Positions 17,705 to 27,677 of a DNA stretch of 64,000 nucleotides are shown piece by piece (position 1 is the stretch's first letter; each line of letters begins with the position of its first letter). The DNA comes from Amycolatopsis sp. (GTDB lineage Bacteria; Actinomycetota; Actinomycetes; Mycobacteriales; Pseudonocardiaceae), in the NCBI RefSeq assembly GCF_035276945.1, contig NZ_DATELF010000096.1, positions 24,933 to 88,932 of the forward strand, written 5' to 3'. The notes below the pieces were generated by a model. It did no database searches. It saw nothing but the letters and a program-made list of their open reading frames with translations, and was not told the DNA's origin. Made by a program: the position numbers and the translations under genes.

Positions 17705-18733
17705 GTGAGGGAGCTCTCGCCCCGGACCCGTGCCGTGACCGCCGGGCGTCCGGCGGGTTCCGGTGAGCCGTTGAACACGCCGATCGTGCCCGCCAGCACC
17801 TATCTGGCTGGTGGCGACTTCGCCTATGCACGCGAGGACGGCACGCCCACCTGGGTCGCGCTGGAAACGGCGGTCGGCGAGCTCGAGGGCGGTCAGGCCA
17901 CCGCGTTCGCCTCGGGAATCGCGACGGTCGCCGCCGTACTCGACCTGTGCCAGGTGGGGACCGAGGTGGCCGTGCCGACCTACAGCTACGCCGGCACGCG
18001 CGGCCTGCTGGACCACGCCGCGCGCATGGGAAGGCTCAAGGTCCGGCGGATCGAACCGGCCGACACCGGCGCGTGGGCCGCGGCGGCCGGGCAGGTGGAT
18101 TTGCTGTGGGTCGAGTCGCCGACCAACCCGACCCTGGAGAAGATCGACATCGCACCGCTCGCCGGCCAGCGCGCCCGGGTCGTGGTGGACAACACCTTCG
18201 CCACGCCGCTCGGCCAGCGACCCCTGTCCCTCGGCGCGGACGTCGTGGTGCACAGCGCGACCAAACTGATCGGCGGGCACAGCGATCTTTTGCTCGGGCT
18301 GACCGTGACCGCGGACGACACGCTGGCCCGCGAGCTGCGCGACGCGCGTACCCGTAACGGTGCGACCCCGGGCGCGCTCGAAGCCTGGCTCGCCCTGCGC
18401 GGCCTGCGGACGCTGCCCGTCCGGCTGGCCGAGCAATCCCGCACGGCCGCGCTGCTCGCCGATCGCCTCGCCGCGCATCCGGCCGTGAGCAGGGTGCGTA
18501 ACGCCGGCTCCATGATCGCCTTCGAGCTGCCCGACGCGGCCGCGGCGGACGGATTCTGCGCCAGGCTGGGCCTGATCGTGCACGCGACCAGCCTCGGCGG
18601 GGTGGAGAGCCTGGTGGAACGCCGGGCGATGTGGCCGGGCGACGCGCACGTGCCGCCCGGCTTGATCCGGTTCAGTGTCGGCTTGGAGGATCCCGAGGAC
18701 CTGTGGCGCGATCTGGCCCAGGCGCTCACCTGA
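17705..18733 (+). CDS. Cys/Met-metabolism PLP-dependent enzyme (cystathionine gamma-synthase/lyase family)
   Basis: It has SATKLIGGHSD (the PLP lysine), ESPTNP and a ESLGGVESL-like SLGGVESL. At 342 aa it is a short family member. Confidence 0.85.
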   Translation: MRELSPRTRAVTAGRPAGSGEPLNTPIVPASTYLAGGDFAYAREDGTPTWVALETAVGELEGGQATAFASGIATVAAVLDLCQVGTEVAVPTYSYAGTRGLLDHAARMGRLKVRRIEPADTGAWAAAAGQVDLLWVESPTNPTLEKIDIAPLAGQRARVVVDNTFATPLGQRPLSLGADVVVHSATKLIGGHSDLLLGLTVTADDTLARELRDARTRNGATPGALEAWLALRGLRTLPVRLAEQSRTAALLADRLAAHPAVSRVRNAGSMIAFELPDAAAADGFCARLGLIVHATSLGGVESLVERRAMWPGDAHVPPGLIRFSVGLEDPEDLWRDLAQALT

Positions 18734-18831
18734 ACCACGCTGCGCTCTGGCTGCTGCCGAAGGGACCTGCTGACGCCGAACTGCGTCATCAGTGATACCG
18801 GCCGGACCAGCATACCGAGTTGGGGTGAGGT

Positions 18832-19494
18832 GTGACGGTCCGGATTTCGGCGGCGGCGGTCGTGGCGACACTGGTGGTTTCGGCCTGCTCGGCGGGTTCC
18901 AGCGCGTCGGGCGACAAGGGGCCGGGCACCCTCGCGGTGGGCTTTTCGGCCGAGCCCGCGAACTTCGACCGCACGCGCACGGACGGTGCGGCGATCCCGC
19001 AAGCCCTGCCGTACAACGTTCATGAGGGACTGGTGAAGCTCGACGCGGACGGCAGGATCGTGCCGCTCCTGGCCGAGTCGTGGACCACCGACGGCCGGAC
19101 CTACGACTTCCAGCTCCGCCCCGGCGTGAAGTTCGGCAACGGAGCACCGTCCAGCGCGTCCGACGTCAAGTTCTCCATCGAGCGGGTCCGGACCGACTGG
19201 TCGATTTCGATCGTGAACCATGTCGAGGTGGCCGACCCGTCGCATGCGCGCGTCGTACCGACAAAACCGAGCAACGGCTGGTTGTTCGACATGACCACGC
19301 GGGTCGGTGCGATGTTCAGCCCGACCGGGGTCGCCGATCTGGCCAACACGCCGGTCGGCACCGGACCGTACGTGGTCGCGCAGCGGCGGCGCGGTGATTC
19401 GATCGTGCTGCGGGCGAATCCGGGCTACTGGGGAACCAAACCCAGGTGCGTCGGCGGTACCGCCGGGTCCACGCGCTGCGAGGGGTTTCGCTGA
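18832..19494 (+). pseudogene. Truncated family-5 (peptide/nickel) ABC substrate-binding lipoprotein
   Basis: It has a lipobox (VVSACS), then SBP_bac_5 features up to ...LRANPGYWGTKP at about 19445. Roughly 205 of the usual ~520 aa are present, and the reading then drifts out of frame. Confidence 0.65.
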
Positions 19495-19975
19495 AATCCC
19501 GCCCGGCAGACGGTTCGGGATCGTCGGCGAGCCCGGTTCGGGAAAGTCCACAATGGTCAGATTGACGGCCGGGCTCGACCGGCCGACCTCGGGTGAGATC
19601 GGTGTTCCAGGGCAAGCGAATCGACGGACTGCCGGAGCGCGGGCTCGGCTTCCTGCGGGCCGAACTGCAGGTCGTGTTCCAGGACCCGGCGGGGTCGCTC
19701 GATCCCCGGAGTCAGGACATCTGCGAGCCGCTCGGCCGGAGGAACCTCGAGCGTGTCGCGGAGCTGCTGGACGCGGTCTGCCTTCCGCGCGACGCCGCCG
19801 ATCGGTATCCGCACCAGTTTCCCGGGGGCAGCGGCAGCGGATCTCGATCTCCCTCGCCCCCAGAGCCCCAGCGTGCTCGTGGCGGACGAACCGGTCGGTG
19901 CCCTCGACGTCTCCGTGCGCAAGAAGATCCTCGACCTGCTCATCGGTCTCGCCGACCGGTTCCGGTTGACACTAA
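19446..19975 (+). pseudogene. Peptide-ABC ATPase (DppF/OppF-like) remnant, 5' part, multiply frameshifted
   Basis: The motifs are scattered across three frames. They are VHALRGVSL, RFGIVGEPGSGKST (Walker A), LQVVFQDPAGSLDP, YPHQFPGG, GQRQRISI and VLVADEPVGALDVSV (Walker B). The remnant is fused directly to the truncated SBP, with the permeases and first ATPase missing. Confidence 0.7.
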
Positions 19976-21272
19976 GGTGTCGTCGTGAAATAACTTAGTT
20001 TTTGGCCTCGGGAGGTCTACGGTCTGTGCTATGAGCCCGGTCATGGAATCTCTCGTACGCCGGTATGACGCGGTCAGGCCGCATCTGACCGAGCGGCAAC
20101 GCCGGGTGTGGCTGGGTGCGGAGGCTCGGGAGTTGGGATCGAGTGGGGTGCGGATTGTGGCTGAGGCGGTTGGGGTGTCCCCGGACACGGTGCGGCGTGG
20201 TCGAGACGAGTTGGATGACCCGCAACCGTTGGAGGTAGGGCGCTCCCGCGCGCCGGGCGGCGGTCGTAAACGTGCCGAGCAGCAAGACCCTGGTGTGGTG
20301 GAAGCGCTGGATTCGCTGGTCGACCCGGAATCGCGGGGCGATCCGATGACGCCGCTGCGGTGGACCTGCAAGTCGTTGCGGACGCTGGCAAACGAGTTGC
20401 GTGGCCGGGGCTATCAGGTCTCGGCCAGTCTGGTGCAGCGGCTGTTGCACGAGGCTGGTTACAGCTTGCAGGGCAACGCGAAAACGTTGGAAGGCAACCA
20501 GAATCTCGACCGGGATGCGCAGTTTCGGCATATCCACGACACTGCGGCCGCTTTCCTGACCGCCGGGGACCCGGTGGTCAGTGTGGACTGCAAGAAAAAG
20601 GAACTGGTCGGGCAGTTCCGCAATGGCGGCAAGGAATGGCGCCCGAAAGGCGAGCCCGAACCGGTCAACGTCCATGACTTCATCGACAAGCAGTTGGGCA
20701 AGGCGATCCCCTACGGGGTCTATGACATCGGCGCCAACACCGGGTGGGTCACCGTGGGCATCGATCATGAGACCGCCGCGTTCGCGGTGAACACCCTGCG
20801 CTCGTGGTGGACCAGCACCGGTGTGCGTACCTACCCGCACGCACGACGGTTGCTGGTCACCGCCGATTCCGGTGGCGCCAACGGCAACCGCCACCGCGCC
20901 TGGAAGACCGAACTGGCCGCACTGGCCGCCGAGACCGGCCTGGAGATCAGCGTGTGCCACTTGCCACCGGGCACCAGCAAATGGAACAAGATCGAACACC
21001 GCTTGTTCTCCCAGATCAGCCGCAACTGGAGGGGGCGGCCCCTGGAGAGCCTGGAAACGATCGTCAATCTGATCGGCGCCACGACCACCACAACCGGCCT
21101 GACCGTCACGGCTGAACTCGACACCGGCGACTATCCGACCGGCATCAAGATCAGTAACCGGCAGATGAAAGACCTCCCGATCAGCCGCGACACATGGCAC
21201 GGCGAGTGGAACTACACCCTGCACCCGCCGCGCGACACACCCGAGCCACACTGAGTTGATTCGCTACAAGCC
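19976..21272 (+). mobile_element. ISAzo13-family insertion sequence (~1.3 kb) with a 4-bp CTAA target duplication
   Basis: CTAA occurs at 19972-19975 and 21273-21276. Removing the element restores ...FRLTL|IFVSHDLGVV... in the ABC ATPase. The terminal inverted repeats are imperfect: GGTGTCGTCGTGAAATAACTTAGT versus the reverse complement GGCTTGTAGCGAATCAACTCAGT. Boundaries are good to a few bp. Confidence 0.8.
20031..21254 (+). CDS. ISAzo13-family (DDE_Tnp_ISAZ013) transposase
   Basis: 407 aa with hallmark segments: RWTCKSLR, VSVDCKKKELVG, YGVYD, LVTADSGGANG, HLPPGTSKWNKIEHRLFS and HGEWNYT. Confidence 0.9.
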   Translation: MSPVMESLVRRYDAVRPHLTERQRRVWLGAEARELGSSGVRIVAEAVGVSPDTVRRGRDELDDPQPLEVGRSRAPGGGRKRAEQQDPGVVEALDSLVDPESRGDPMTPLRWTCKSLRTLANELRGRGYQVSASLVQRLLHEAGYSLQGNAKTLEGNQNLDRDAQFRHIHDTAAAFLTAGDPVVSVDCKKKELVGQFRNGGKEWRPKGEPEPVNVHDFIDKQLGKAIPYGVYDIGANTGWVTVGIDHETAAFAVNTLRSWWTSTGVRTYPHARRLLVTADSGGANGNRHRAWKTELAALAAETGLEISVCHLPPGTSKWNKIEHRLFSQISRNWRGRPLESLETIVNLIGATTTTTGLTVTAELDTGDYPTGIKISNRQMKDLPISRDTWHGEWNYTLHPPRDTPEPH

Positions 21273-21455
21273 CTAATCTTCGTCTCGCACGACCTCGGCG
21301 TGGTACGACGAGTGTGTGACACCGTGACCGTGATGCGACACGGCGAAGTGGTGGAACTGGGCGAGGCCGCCGAGGTCTACCGGGAGCCGCGGCATTCCTA
21401 CACCCGCGAGCTGATCGCGGCCGCGCCGAACCCGCGGAAGGAACTCGCTCGCTGA
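21273..21455 (+). pseudogene. Peptide-ABC ATPase remnant, 3' part (downstream of the IS)
   Basis: Translation reads (L)IFVSHDLGVVRRVCDTVTVMRHGEVVELGEAAEVYREPRHSYTRELIAAAP..., covering the H-loop and the oligopeptide-ATPase C-terminal motif. Confidence 0.75.
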
Positions 21456-21465
21456 AGGGAGGACA

Positions 21466-22896
21466 GTGATGTTCGACCCCTATCCGCCCGGCCTGCCGGT
21501 CGGCCCCGGCTGGGTGTCCACAGAGGACATACAGGAGATCAGGTTCCCGTTCGACGGCAGCGTGATCGCGCGGGCCCCGGTCGGCACGCCCGCCCTGGCG
21601 CGGCGCGCCCTGGACGAGGCCGTCGGCATCACCCGCCAGGCCGCAGTTCTCCCGTCGCGTGTGCGGAGGGAGATCCTTTTCGGCGTTCACCGCGCGCTCA
21701 CGGAGTGGCAAGCCGAGTTCGAAGGCCTCCTGGTCGCCGAGACCGGAAAGCCGCTGACCGACTGCCGGACCGAAGTCGCCCGCACGCTGATCACCTGGCA
21801 GGCCGCGGCCGAGGAGGTCAGCCGTCTGCACGGGGAGACCGTGCCACTCGACCTGGCGCCGTCCGGTGATGGGCTCACCGGCTTCTGGGTGCGCAAGCCG
21901 ATCGGCGTGGTCGTCGGCATCGCCGGGTTCAACTACCCGCTGCTGCTCGCCTCGCACAAGATCGCCCCGGCGATCGCGGCAGGCTGCCCGGTGATCGTCA
22001 AGCCCGCCCCGCAGACCCCGCTGGCGACGCTCTGGCTCGTGCACCTCGTCCGGGAGGCCGGGCTGCCCGCGGCGATGACGCAGCTGGTCACCGGCGACGC
22101 TGAGGTCGGCTCGGCGCTGGTCACCGACCGCCGGATCGGCGCGGTCTCGTTCACCGGGTCGGCCGCTGTGGGGCACCGGATCGCGCAAGCCGCCGCGCCC
22201 ACGAAAACCCTGCTGGAGCTTGGTTCCAACGCGGCGCTCGTGGTCGCGGAGGACGCCGATCTCGACGCGGCTGTAAACGCGGTTCTTCGCGGCGGTTTCT
22301 ACGCCTCCGGCCAGGCGTGCATCTCGGTGCAGCGAATCCTGGTCGTCGAGGTGGTGGCGACGGAGTTCTCCGAACGGTTGCTGGCGCGGCTAAACGAGAT
22401 CGTGGTCGGCGACCCGCGCGAGGAGAAGACGCGGGTGTCGACGCTGATCGACCAGCGTTCGACCCGGCGTGTGCTGGACTGGGTCTTCGAAGCCGTCGCG
22501 GCCGGGGCCCGGCTGGCGGCCGGCGGTGAGGCCGAGGGTGGGGTCATCCGGCCGACCGTCCTGCTCGACGTGCCCGACGGCGTGGCGTGCTGGGACGAGG
22601 AGGTCTTCGGACCGGTCGTCTGCGTGCGCCGGGTGTCCGACATCGACGACGCCTTCCGGCAGGTCAACGCGTCACGCTACGGCTTGCACGCGGCGGTGTT
22701 CACGCGTTCCCTCAACACCGCGTTCCGTGCGGTCGACGAGCTGGAGGTGGGTGGCGTGGTGGTCAACGAGGTGCCGGGGTTCCGCTCGGACACCATGCCC
22801 TACGGCGGGGTCAAGGACTCCGGGATCGGCCGCGAAGGGCCGAGATTCGCCGTCGAGGAGTTCACCGTGACCCGGATGGCGGTGATCCGGACTTGA
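21466..22896 (+). CDS. NAD(P)-dependent aldehyde dehydrogenase family protein
   Basis: It has an FTGS Rossmann motif, LELGSNAA (catalytic Glu region) and GQACISVQR (catalytic Cys). Length is 476 aa. Confidence 0.9.
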   Translation: MMFDPYPPGLPVGPGWVSTEDIQEIRFPFDGSVIARAPVGTPALARRALDEAVGITRQAAVLPSRVRREILFGVHRALTEWQAEFEGLLVAETGKPLTDCRTEVARTLITWQAAAEEVSRLHGETVPLDLAPSGDGLTGFWVRKPIGVVVGIAGFNYPLLLASHKIAPAIAAGCPVIVKPAPQTPLATLWLVHLVREAGLPAAMTQLVTGDAEVGSALVTDRRIGAVSFTGSAAVGHRIAQAAAPTKTLLELGSNAALVVAEDADLDAAVNAVLRGGFYASGQACISVQRILVVEVVATEFSERLLARLNEIVVGDPREEKTRVSTLIDQRSTRRVLDWVFEAVAAGARLAAGGEAEGGVIRPTVLLDVPDGVACWDEEVFGPVVCVRRVSDIDDAFRQVNASRYGLHAAVFTRSLNTAFRAVDELEVGGVVVNEVPGFRSDTMPYGGVKDSGIGREGPRFAVEEFTVTRMAVIRT

Positions 22897-23648
22897 ACTA
22901 CGAGAGGCTGTTCCGTCTGGACGGCAGGCGGGCGGTGGTGCTCGGCGCGGGCAGTGGCATCGGCCGGGAGTCCGCCAGGGCGCTCGCCGCCCAGGGCGCG
23001 GACGTGATCTGCGCGGACCGGAACGTCGCGGCAGCCAAGGAGACGGCCGTCGGTACGGCGTACGGGATCGATCTGCTGGAACCCGGCGCGGCCGACCGTG
23101 CCGCGAACGAACTCGGGGACGTCGACATCGTCGTGCTCACCGCCGCGACGAACGTGCGCAAGCGCTTGCTGGACTACCGCCGGGACGAGTTCGACCAGGT
23201 GATCGCGCTCAACCTCGGTGCCACCTTCGATGTCTTGCGCGCCTTCGGCGAGGGCATGGTCGAGCGCGGCGGCGGCAGCATCATCGGCTTCTCCTCGATC
23301 CGCGGGACTACCGTGGAACCCGGTCAGGGGCCTTACGCGGCGACGAAGGCCGGGCTCGTCCAGCTGTTCCGGACGGCGGCCGCGGAGTTCGGCCCGGCCG
23401 GGGTGCGCGTCAACGCGATCGCGCCCGGGGTCGTGGAGACCCCGCTGACCGAGCAGATCAAGGCCAGCCCCGACTGGTACGCGGCTTACGCCGGCAAGAG
23501 CGCGCTCGGGCGGTGGGCGCGGCCGGAGGAGATCGCCGGTGCCGTGGTGTATCTCGCCTCCGACGCGGCCAGCTTCGTCACCGGTGCGGTGCTCGCGGTC
23601 GACGGAGGCTGGACCGCGGTCGACGGGAGATACACCCCACCCGAGTAA
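22893..23648 (+). CDS. SDR family oxidoreductase
   Basis: It has GAGSGIG (TGxxxGxG-type), a YaatK-like YAATK catalytic motif and a PGVVETP segment. I propose a TTG start at 22893 overlapping the ALDH stop. The rest of the track ORF (from 22587) overlaps ALDH. The start is uncertain. Confidence 0.8.
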   Translation: MNYERLFRLDGRRAVVLGAGSGIGRESARALAAQGADVICADRNVAAAKETAVGTAYGIDLLEPGAADRAANELGDVDIVVLTAATNVRKRLLDYRRDEFDQVIALNLGATFDVLRAFGEGMVERGGGSIIGFSSIRGTTVEPGQGPYAATKAGLVQLFRTAAAEFGPAGVRVNAIAPGVVETPLTEQIKASPDWYAAYAGKSALGRWARPEEIAGAVVYLASDAASFVTGAVLAVDGGWTAVDGRYTPPE

Positions 23649-23658
23649 GGAGAAGCCC

Positions 23659-25029
23659 GTGATCAGCTTGAGCACCACCGAGTTGCTGGCCGAGTACGGC
23701 AAGGGATCGTTGTCCCCGGTCGAGGTGATCGAGGCGGTGCTCGCCCGCATCGACGCGCTTGAGCCCCAACTGCACGCGCTGTACGCGTACGACCCGGAGC
23801 GCGCGCGGTCGGCCGCGAAGGCGTCGGAGCAGCGGTGGCGGTCCGGGGAGGCGGGCGTACTGGATGGCGTTCCGTTGACGCTCAAGGAAAACATCGCGAC
23901 CCGGGGCACCCCGGTCCCGCTCGGCAGCGCGGCCACCGAGCTGGTGCCGGCCGCCGAGGACGCCCCGGCGGCCGCGCGCGTGCGTGAGGCCGGCGGAGTC
24001 CTGCTGGCCAAGACGACGATGCCCGACTACGGCATGCTCACCTCGAGCCTGTCCAGCTTTCACCGGGCAAGCCGCAACCCGTGGGACACCGGCCGCACGC
24101 CCGGCGGGTCGAGTGCGGGCGCGGCGGCCGCCGCCGCGGCGGGATACGGGCCGTTGCACGTCGGCACGGACATCGGCGGCTCGATCCGCTTGCCCGCCGG
24201 CTGGTGCGGGCTCGTCGGCTTCAAGCCCAGTTTCGGCCGGGTGCCGGTGGACCCGCCGTACCCCGGCCGGGTCGTCGGGCCGCTGACCAGGACGGTAGCC
24301 GATGCCGCGTGGCTGATGCCGGTGCTGTCCGCACCCGACGAGCGCGACCACCTGAGCCTGCCGCCGGCCGAAATCGCCTGGTCCGAGCTGGAGTGCGACA
24401 TCGCCGGGCTTCGCATCGGCCTGCACCTCGACGGCGGCGTGGGCCTCGAGGTCGAACCGGACATCCGTGCCGCGGTGGCCGAGGCGGCCAGGCTGTTCGA
24501 GGCGGCCGGGGCGATCGTCGAACCCGTCGAGCCGTTCCTGACCCGGGAGATGCTGGATGGTCTGGACACCTTCTGGCGGGTGCGGTTCTGGTGCGACTTC
24601 TCGGCCATGAGCGAGGACCGGCGAGCGAAGATCCTGCCCTACATCGCGGAGTGGGCCGAAGGCGGTGCCGGTGCCTCCGGGGCCGCGACGTACCGCGGGT
24701 TCGCGCAGATGGATGCGATGAGTACGGCCGTGTTGCGCGCCACCCGGGACTTCGACTTCGTGCTGTCGCCCACCTGCCCGGTGTCCGCACCGCCGGCCGG
24801 ATGGGCATCGCCGACGAACGACCCGGGACGGCCCTTCGAGCACATCGCGTTCACCGTCCCGTACAACATGTCCGGCCAGCCCGCGGTGTCCGTCAACTGC
24901 GGTCACACGCGTGAGGGCCTGCCGATCGGCCTGCAGGTCGCCGGGTGCCGGTTCGACGACCTCGGCGTGCTCCGAACGGCGGCGGCATTCGAAGGAATTC
25001 GGCATCCGCAACGGGACGTTCCGCTGTGA
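23659..25029 (+). CDS. Amidase (amidase-signature family)
   Basis: GGSSAGAAAAAAAG is the amidase signature and the Ser-cisSer-Lys context is present. GTG at 23659 is preceded by an AAGGAG RBS at 23647-23652. Confidence 0.9.
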   Translation: MISLSTTELLAEYGKGSLSPVEVIEAVLARIDALEPQLHALYAYDPERARSAAKASEQRWRSGEAGVLDGVPLTLKENIATRGTPVPLGSAATELVPAAEDAPAAARVREAGGVLLAKTTMPDYGMLTSSLSSFHRASRNPWDTGRTPGGSSAGAAAAAAAGYGPLHVGTDIGGSIRLPAGWCGLVGFKPSFGRVPVDPPYPGRVVGPLTRTVADAAWLMPVLSAPDERDHLSLPPAEIAWSELECDIAGLRIGLHLDGGVGLEVEPDIRAAVAEAARLFEAAGAIVEPVEPFLTREMLDGLDTFWRVRFWCDFSAMSEDRRAKILPYIAEWAEGGAGASGAATYRGFAQMDAMSTAVLRATRDFDFVLSPTCPVSAPPAGWASPTNDPGRPFEHIAFTVPYNMSGQPAVSVNCGHTREGLPIGLQVAGCRFDDLGVLRTAAAFEGIRHPQRDVPL

Positions 25030-25059
25030 TAGATCGCGGGTTGGTGAGACCATCTGGAC

Positions 25060-26775
25060 ATGCGCATGGTCTACACCGGAGCGGACGAAGAGGACTTCAT
25101 CGACGCTCGCCAGCGGCTACTGGTCGAACTGGACGCGTGGTCGCAGATGCGCCTGCGGCCGGTGGACCCGGTGGTCGCCGGGGCCATGCTCGACTACCGG
25201 TTCGAGCGTGACGGCCTGCTCGGCCGGTGGACGGGGGAGGTGTTGCGGGTCGCGCTGCTGACCTGGTTCCCGCGTAAGGTGGTGCTGCTCCACCCGGACA
25301 CCGGCGCGGTCACCGACACCGTCGAAGCCCTGCTCGATTTCTTCGAGGACGCGGATCTGTTCGACGACCGCAGCGAGCCGCTGCCCGTGCTGCGCACCTT
25401 CCTCGCCGGCATCCGCGACGAGTTCGACGACGCGATGAAAGACCCGGCCAACTACGGTCTCGCCAAGTTCTGGGCGGTGGCGATGGCCGAGTACGGCATC
25501 GACCCGCTGAACGAGTTGGCCGCGCAGCGGTTCGTCGAACGGGTGCAGCGTGGCGAGGTGCGGGTCGACCAGGAGCTGCTGCACGAGATCGCCTACCGGC
25601 ACTACGAGGGTGATCCCGGCGCGGAGCCCGCCGAGACCGCGCCCGTGTTCGTGCTGACCCCCGATGATCGGCTTGCCGCGGACGCGGAGAGAACCGTGGT
25701 CGTCCGGCGGCTGCGGCGGTTCGTCGAGTGGATCGGCGACGGCAAGCCGCTCGGCGCGGTGCAGGACATGCCCGACCTGGTGGCTTCCGCCAAGAAGGCC
25801 GGTGTGGTGCGCTCCTACCGAGGCCGTCTGGTGCCGGTCAAGCGCGGGGCGCCGTTGCTGGCCGACCCGCTCGCGCTGTGGCATGCGGCGTTGCCACATG
25901 TGCTCGAAGACCGCTGGACCTTCGAGCTGGCGGACGAGTTGGTGGCCGAGCCCGCGACCATCCCGATGCTGGTCGAGTTGCTGGGCGGCGGTAGCGACTC
26001 GGTGCTGCGGATGGTGCGGCGGCTGGTCGACTTCGGCTTGGTCGAGACCTTTCCGGCGACCGATGAGCACCACCAGGACCTGGTCGACTTCGCCGGCGTG
26101 GACTCCGTTGACGAGGTGCCGGCGGAGGAGCGCCAGGTGGTGCGCCTGCGCCCGCTGGGTGTGCGGGCCATGTACGACGCACGGATCTTCTCCGGCGGGG
26201 AGGCCATCACTCTCCGCGACCTCGCGGGCGAGACCGCCGAGGTGCTGTTCGCGCGGCTCGCGCCGCTGCCGAGCGAGGTTTTCGACGAGGGCGCGCGCCT
26301 GTGGCTGCAGGCACGCGAACCGGGCCGCGCCATGGCCGAGCTGTCGGAGGTGGCCCGCCGCACCGACGACTTCGAACACCGCATGCTGGCCTTCGAGCTA
26401 CTCGCCGAAGGCGGCGACGCGGGCATCGCCGCGATCGCCGGCATGCGCGAGCACTCGGCCGCCGGTCCGGCCGCGCTGGCCTGGCTGCTTGACGCGGGCC
26501 TGATCGACGCCAGCGAGGTCAGCGGCCGCGAGCGGACCTACGGCATGGTCGACGTGCTGGCCGCGGGCATCCGGTCGGCGGGCCGGCGGAAGGCCCTCGA
26601 GGAGTTCGCCGCCCAGCCGCGCCCGGCGCAGTTGCTCTTCCTGGCCGACGCGACGATCTGTGGCCACCCCCGCACGCGCGAGGTCCTGGAGTCCATGGCC
26701 GTGGCTCATCCCGACCGCATGGTCTCCAACGCCGCCCGCAAAGCCCTGGACTGGCTCCACGACTCGGACATCTGA
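25060..26775 (+). CDS. Hypothetical protein, 571 aa, acidic and predicted all-helical
   Basis: Long ORF with high GC3. I find no recognisable catalytic or binding motif, signal peptide or TM helix. Confidence 0.7.
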   Translation: MRMVYTGADEEDFIDARQRLLVELDAWSQMRLRPVDPVVAGAMLDYRFERDGLLGRWTGEVLRVALLTWFPRKVVLLHPDTGAVTDTVEALLDFFEDADLFDDRSEPLPVLRTFLAGIRDEFDDAMKDPANYGLAKFWAVAMAEYGIDPLNELAAQRFVERVQRGEVRVDQELLHEIAYRHYEGDPGAEPAETAPVFVLTPDDRLAADAERTVVVRRLRRFVEWIGDGKPLGAVQDMPDLVASAKKAGVVRSYRGRLVPVKRGAPLLADPLALWHAALPHVLEDRWTFELADELVAEPATIPMLVELLGGGSDSVLRMVRRLVDFGLVETFPATDEHHQDLVDFAGVDSVDEVPAEERQVVRLRPLGVRAMYDARIFSGGEAITLRDLAGETAEVLFARLAPLPSEVFDEGARLWLQAREPGRAMAELSEVARRTDDFEHRMLAFELLAEGGDAGIAAIAGMREHSAAGPAALAWLLDAGLIDASEVSGRERTYGMVDVLAAGIRSAGRRKALEEFAAQPRPAQLLFLADATICGHPRTREVLESMAVAHPDRMVSNAARKALDWLHDSDI

Positions 26776-26822
26776 CCGCGCGAGTCCCTCGTTCGCGGCG
26801 CCTGAGTTCCCCGCTCGCGACG

Positions 26823-27677
26823 TCAGTCCGCCGCGCCGATGGCCTCGGCCAGGGACAGGATGCGGTGAGCATTGTCCACATGCAGGTTCTCGATCATGCG
26901 GCCGTCCACGGTGACCACGCCGCGCCCCTCGGCCTTGGCCTCGTCGAACGCTGCGATGATCTTGCGGGCCTGCGCGATTTCCTCGCCGGAGGGGGCGAAG
27001 ATCCGGTTGCACGGTTCGATCTGACCCGGGTGGACGAGGGTCTTGCCGTCGAAGCCGAACTGCCGGCCCTGACGGCATTCCGCCTCGAACCCCTCGATGT
27101 CCTTCACGTCGTTGTAGACGCCGTCGAGGATCACTTTGCCGGTCGCGCGGGCCGCGAGCAGGCACAGGGACAGCCCGCCGAGCAGCGGCGCGCGGCCGGG
27201 GAGGAACTCGGCGTGCAGCTCCTTGGCCAGGTCGTTGGTGCCCATGACGAGTACGGTCAGGCGCTCGCTGGCCGACGCGATCTCCTCGGCGTGCAGCATC
27301 GCGACCGGGGTTTCTACCATCGCCCAGATCTTGGTGTGATCGGGCGCCCCGCCCTGTTCCAGCGCGCGCTCGATGCCGCCCACGTCGCGAGCCGAATTCA
27401 CCTTGGGCACGACGACCGCCGCAGGCCCCGCCTGTGCGGTGGCACGCAGGTCGGCGTCGTGCCATTCGGTGTCGAGCCCGTTGACGCGGATCGTGACCTC
27501 GCGCGAGCCGTACTCGCCGACGCCCGCGCACACGCGTTCCCTCGCCGCTTCCTTGGCGTCCGGTGCGACGGCGTCCTCGAGGTCGAGGATCAGCGCGTCG
27601 GCCGGGAGAGACTTGGCCTTTTCCAGCGCGCGTTCGTTGGCGCCGGGCATGTACAGCACCGAGCGTCGGGATCTCAC
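26823..27677 (-). CDS. CitE-like / HpcH-HpaI family acyl-CoA lyase or thioesterase (Mcl2-like candidate)
   Basis: Begins [39 protein letters not shown], a typical CitE N-terminus. The GTG start at 27677 overlaps the upstream stop (GTGA). Confidence 0.85.
   Translation of the reverse strand: MRSRRSVLYMPGANERALEKAKSLPADALILDLEDAVAPDAKEAARERVCAGVGEYGSREVTIRVNGLDTEWHDADLRATAQAGPAAVVVPKVNSARDVGGIERALEQGGAPDHTKIWAMVETPVAMLHAEEIASASERLTVLVMGTNDLAKELHAEFLPGRAPLLGGLSLCLLAARATGKVILDGVYNDVKDIEGFEAECRQGRQFGFDGKTLVHPGQIEPCNRIFAPSGEEIAQARKIIAAFDEAKAEGRGVVTVDGRMIENLHVDNAHRILSLAEAIGAAD

Noticed and set aside
16689-17831. 380-aa track ORF that would give the FKBP protein a 256-aa N-terminal extension.
   Set aside because: Only the last 124 aa are FKBP-like, and they begin at a proper ATG (17063). 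The extension is Arg/Pro/Ser-rich and crosses the XRE and B3/4 remnants.
19307-19998. Three overlapping + strand ORFs (19307-19969, 19593-19988, 19753-19998) that could be listed as separate small genes.
   Set aside because: Each contains a different consecutive piece of a single ABC ATPase (Walker A, Q-loop/linker, signature/Walker B). They are the shifted frames of one decayed pseudogene.
13922-21300. Genomic island integrated at tRNA-Leu and extending to the IS.
   Set aside because: There is no integrase, and I found no direct repeat of the tRNA 3' end. The intervening genes (dehydratase/LysR, FKBP, metB-like) have host-like GC and codon usage. Only the immediate flank (14005-14822) is treated as a possible scar.
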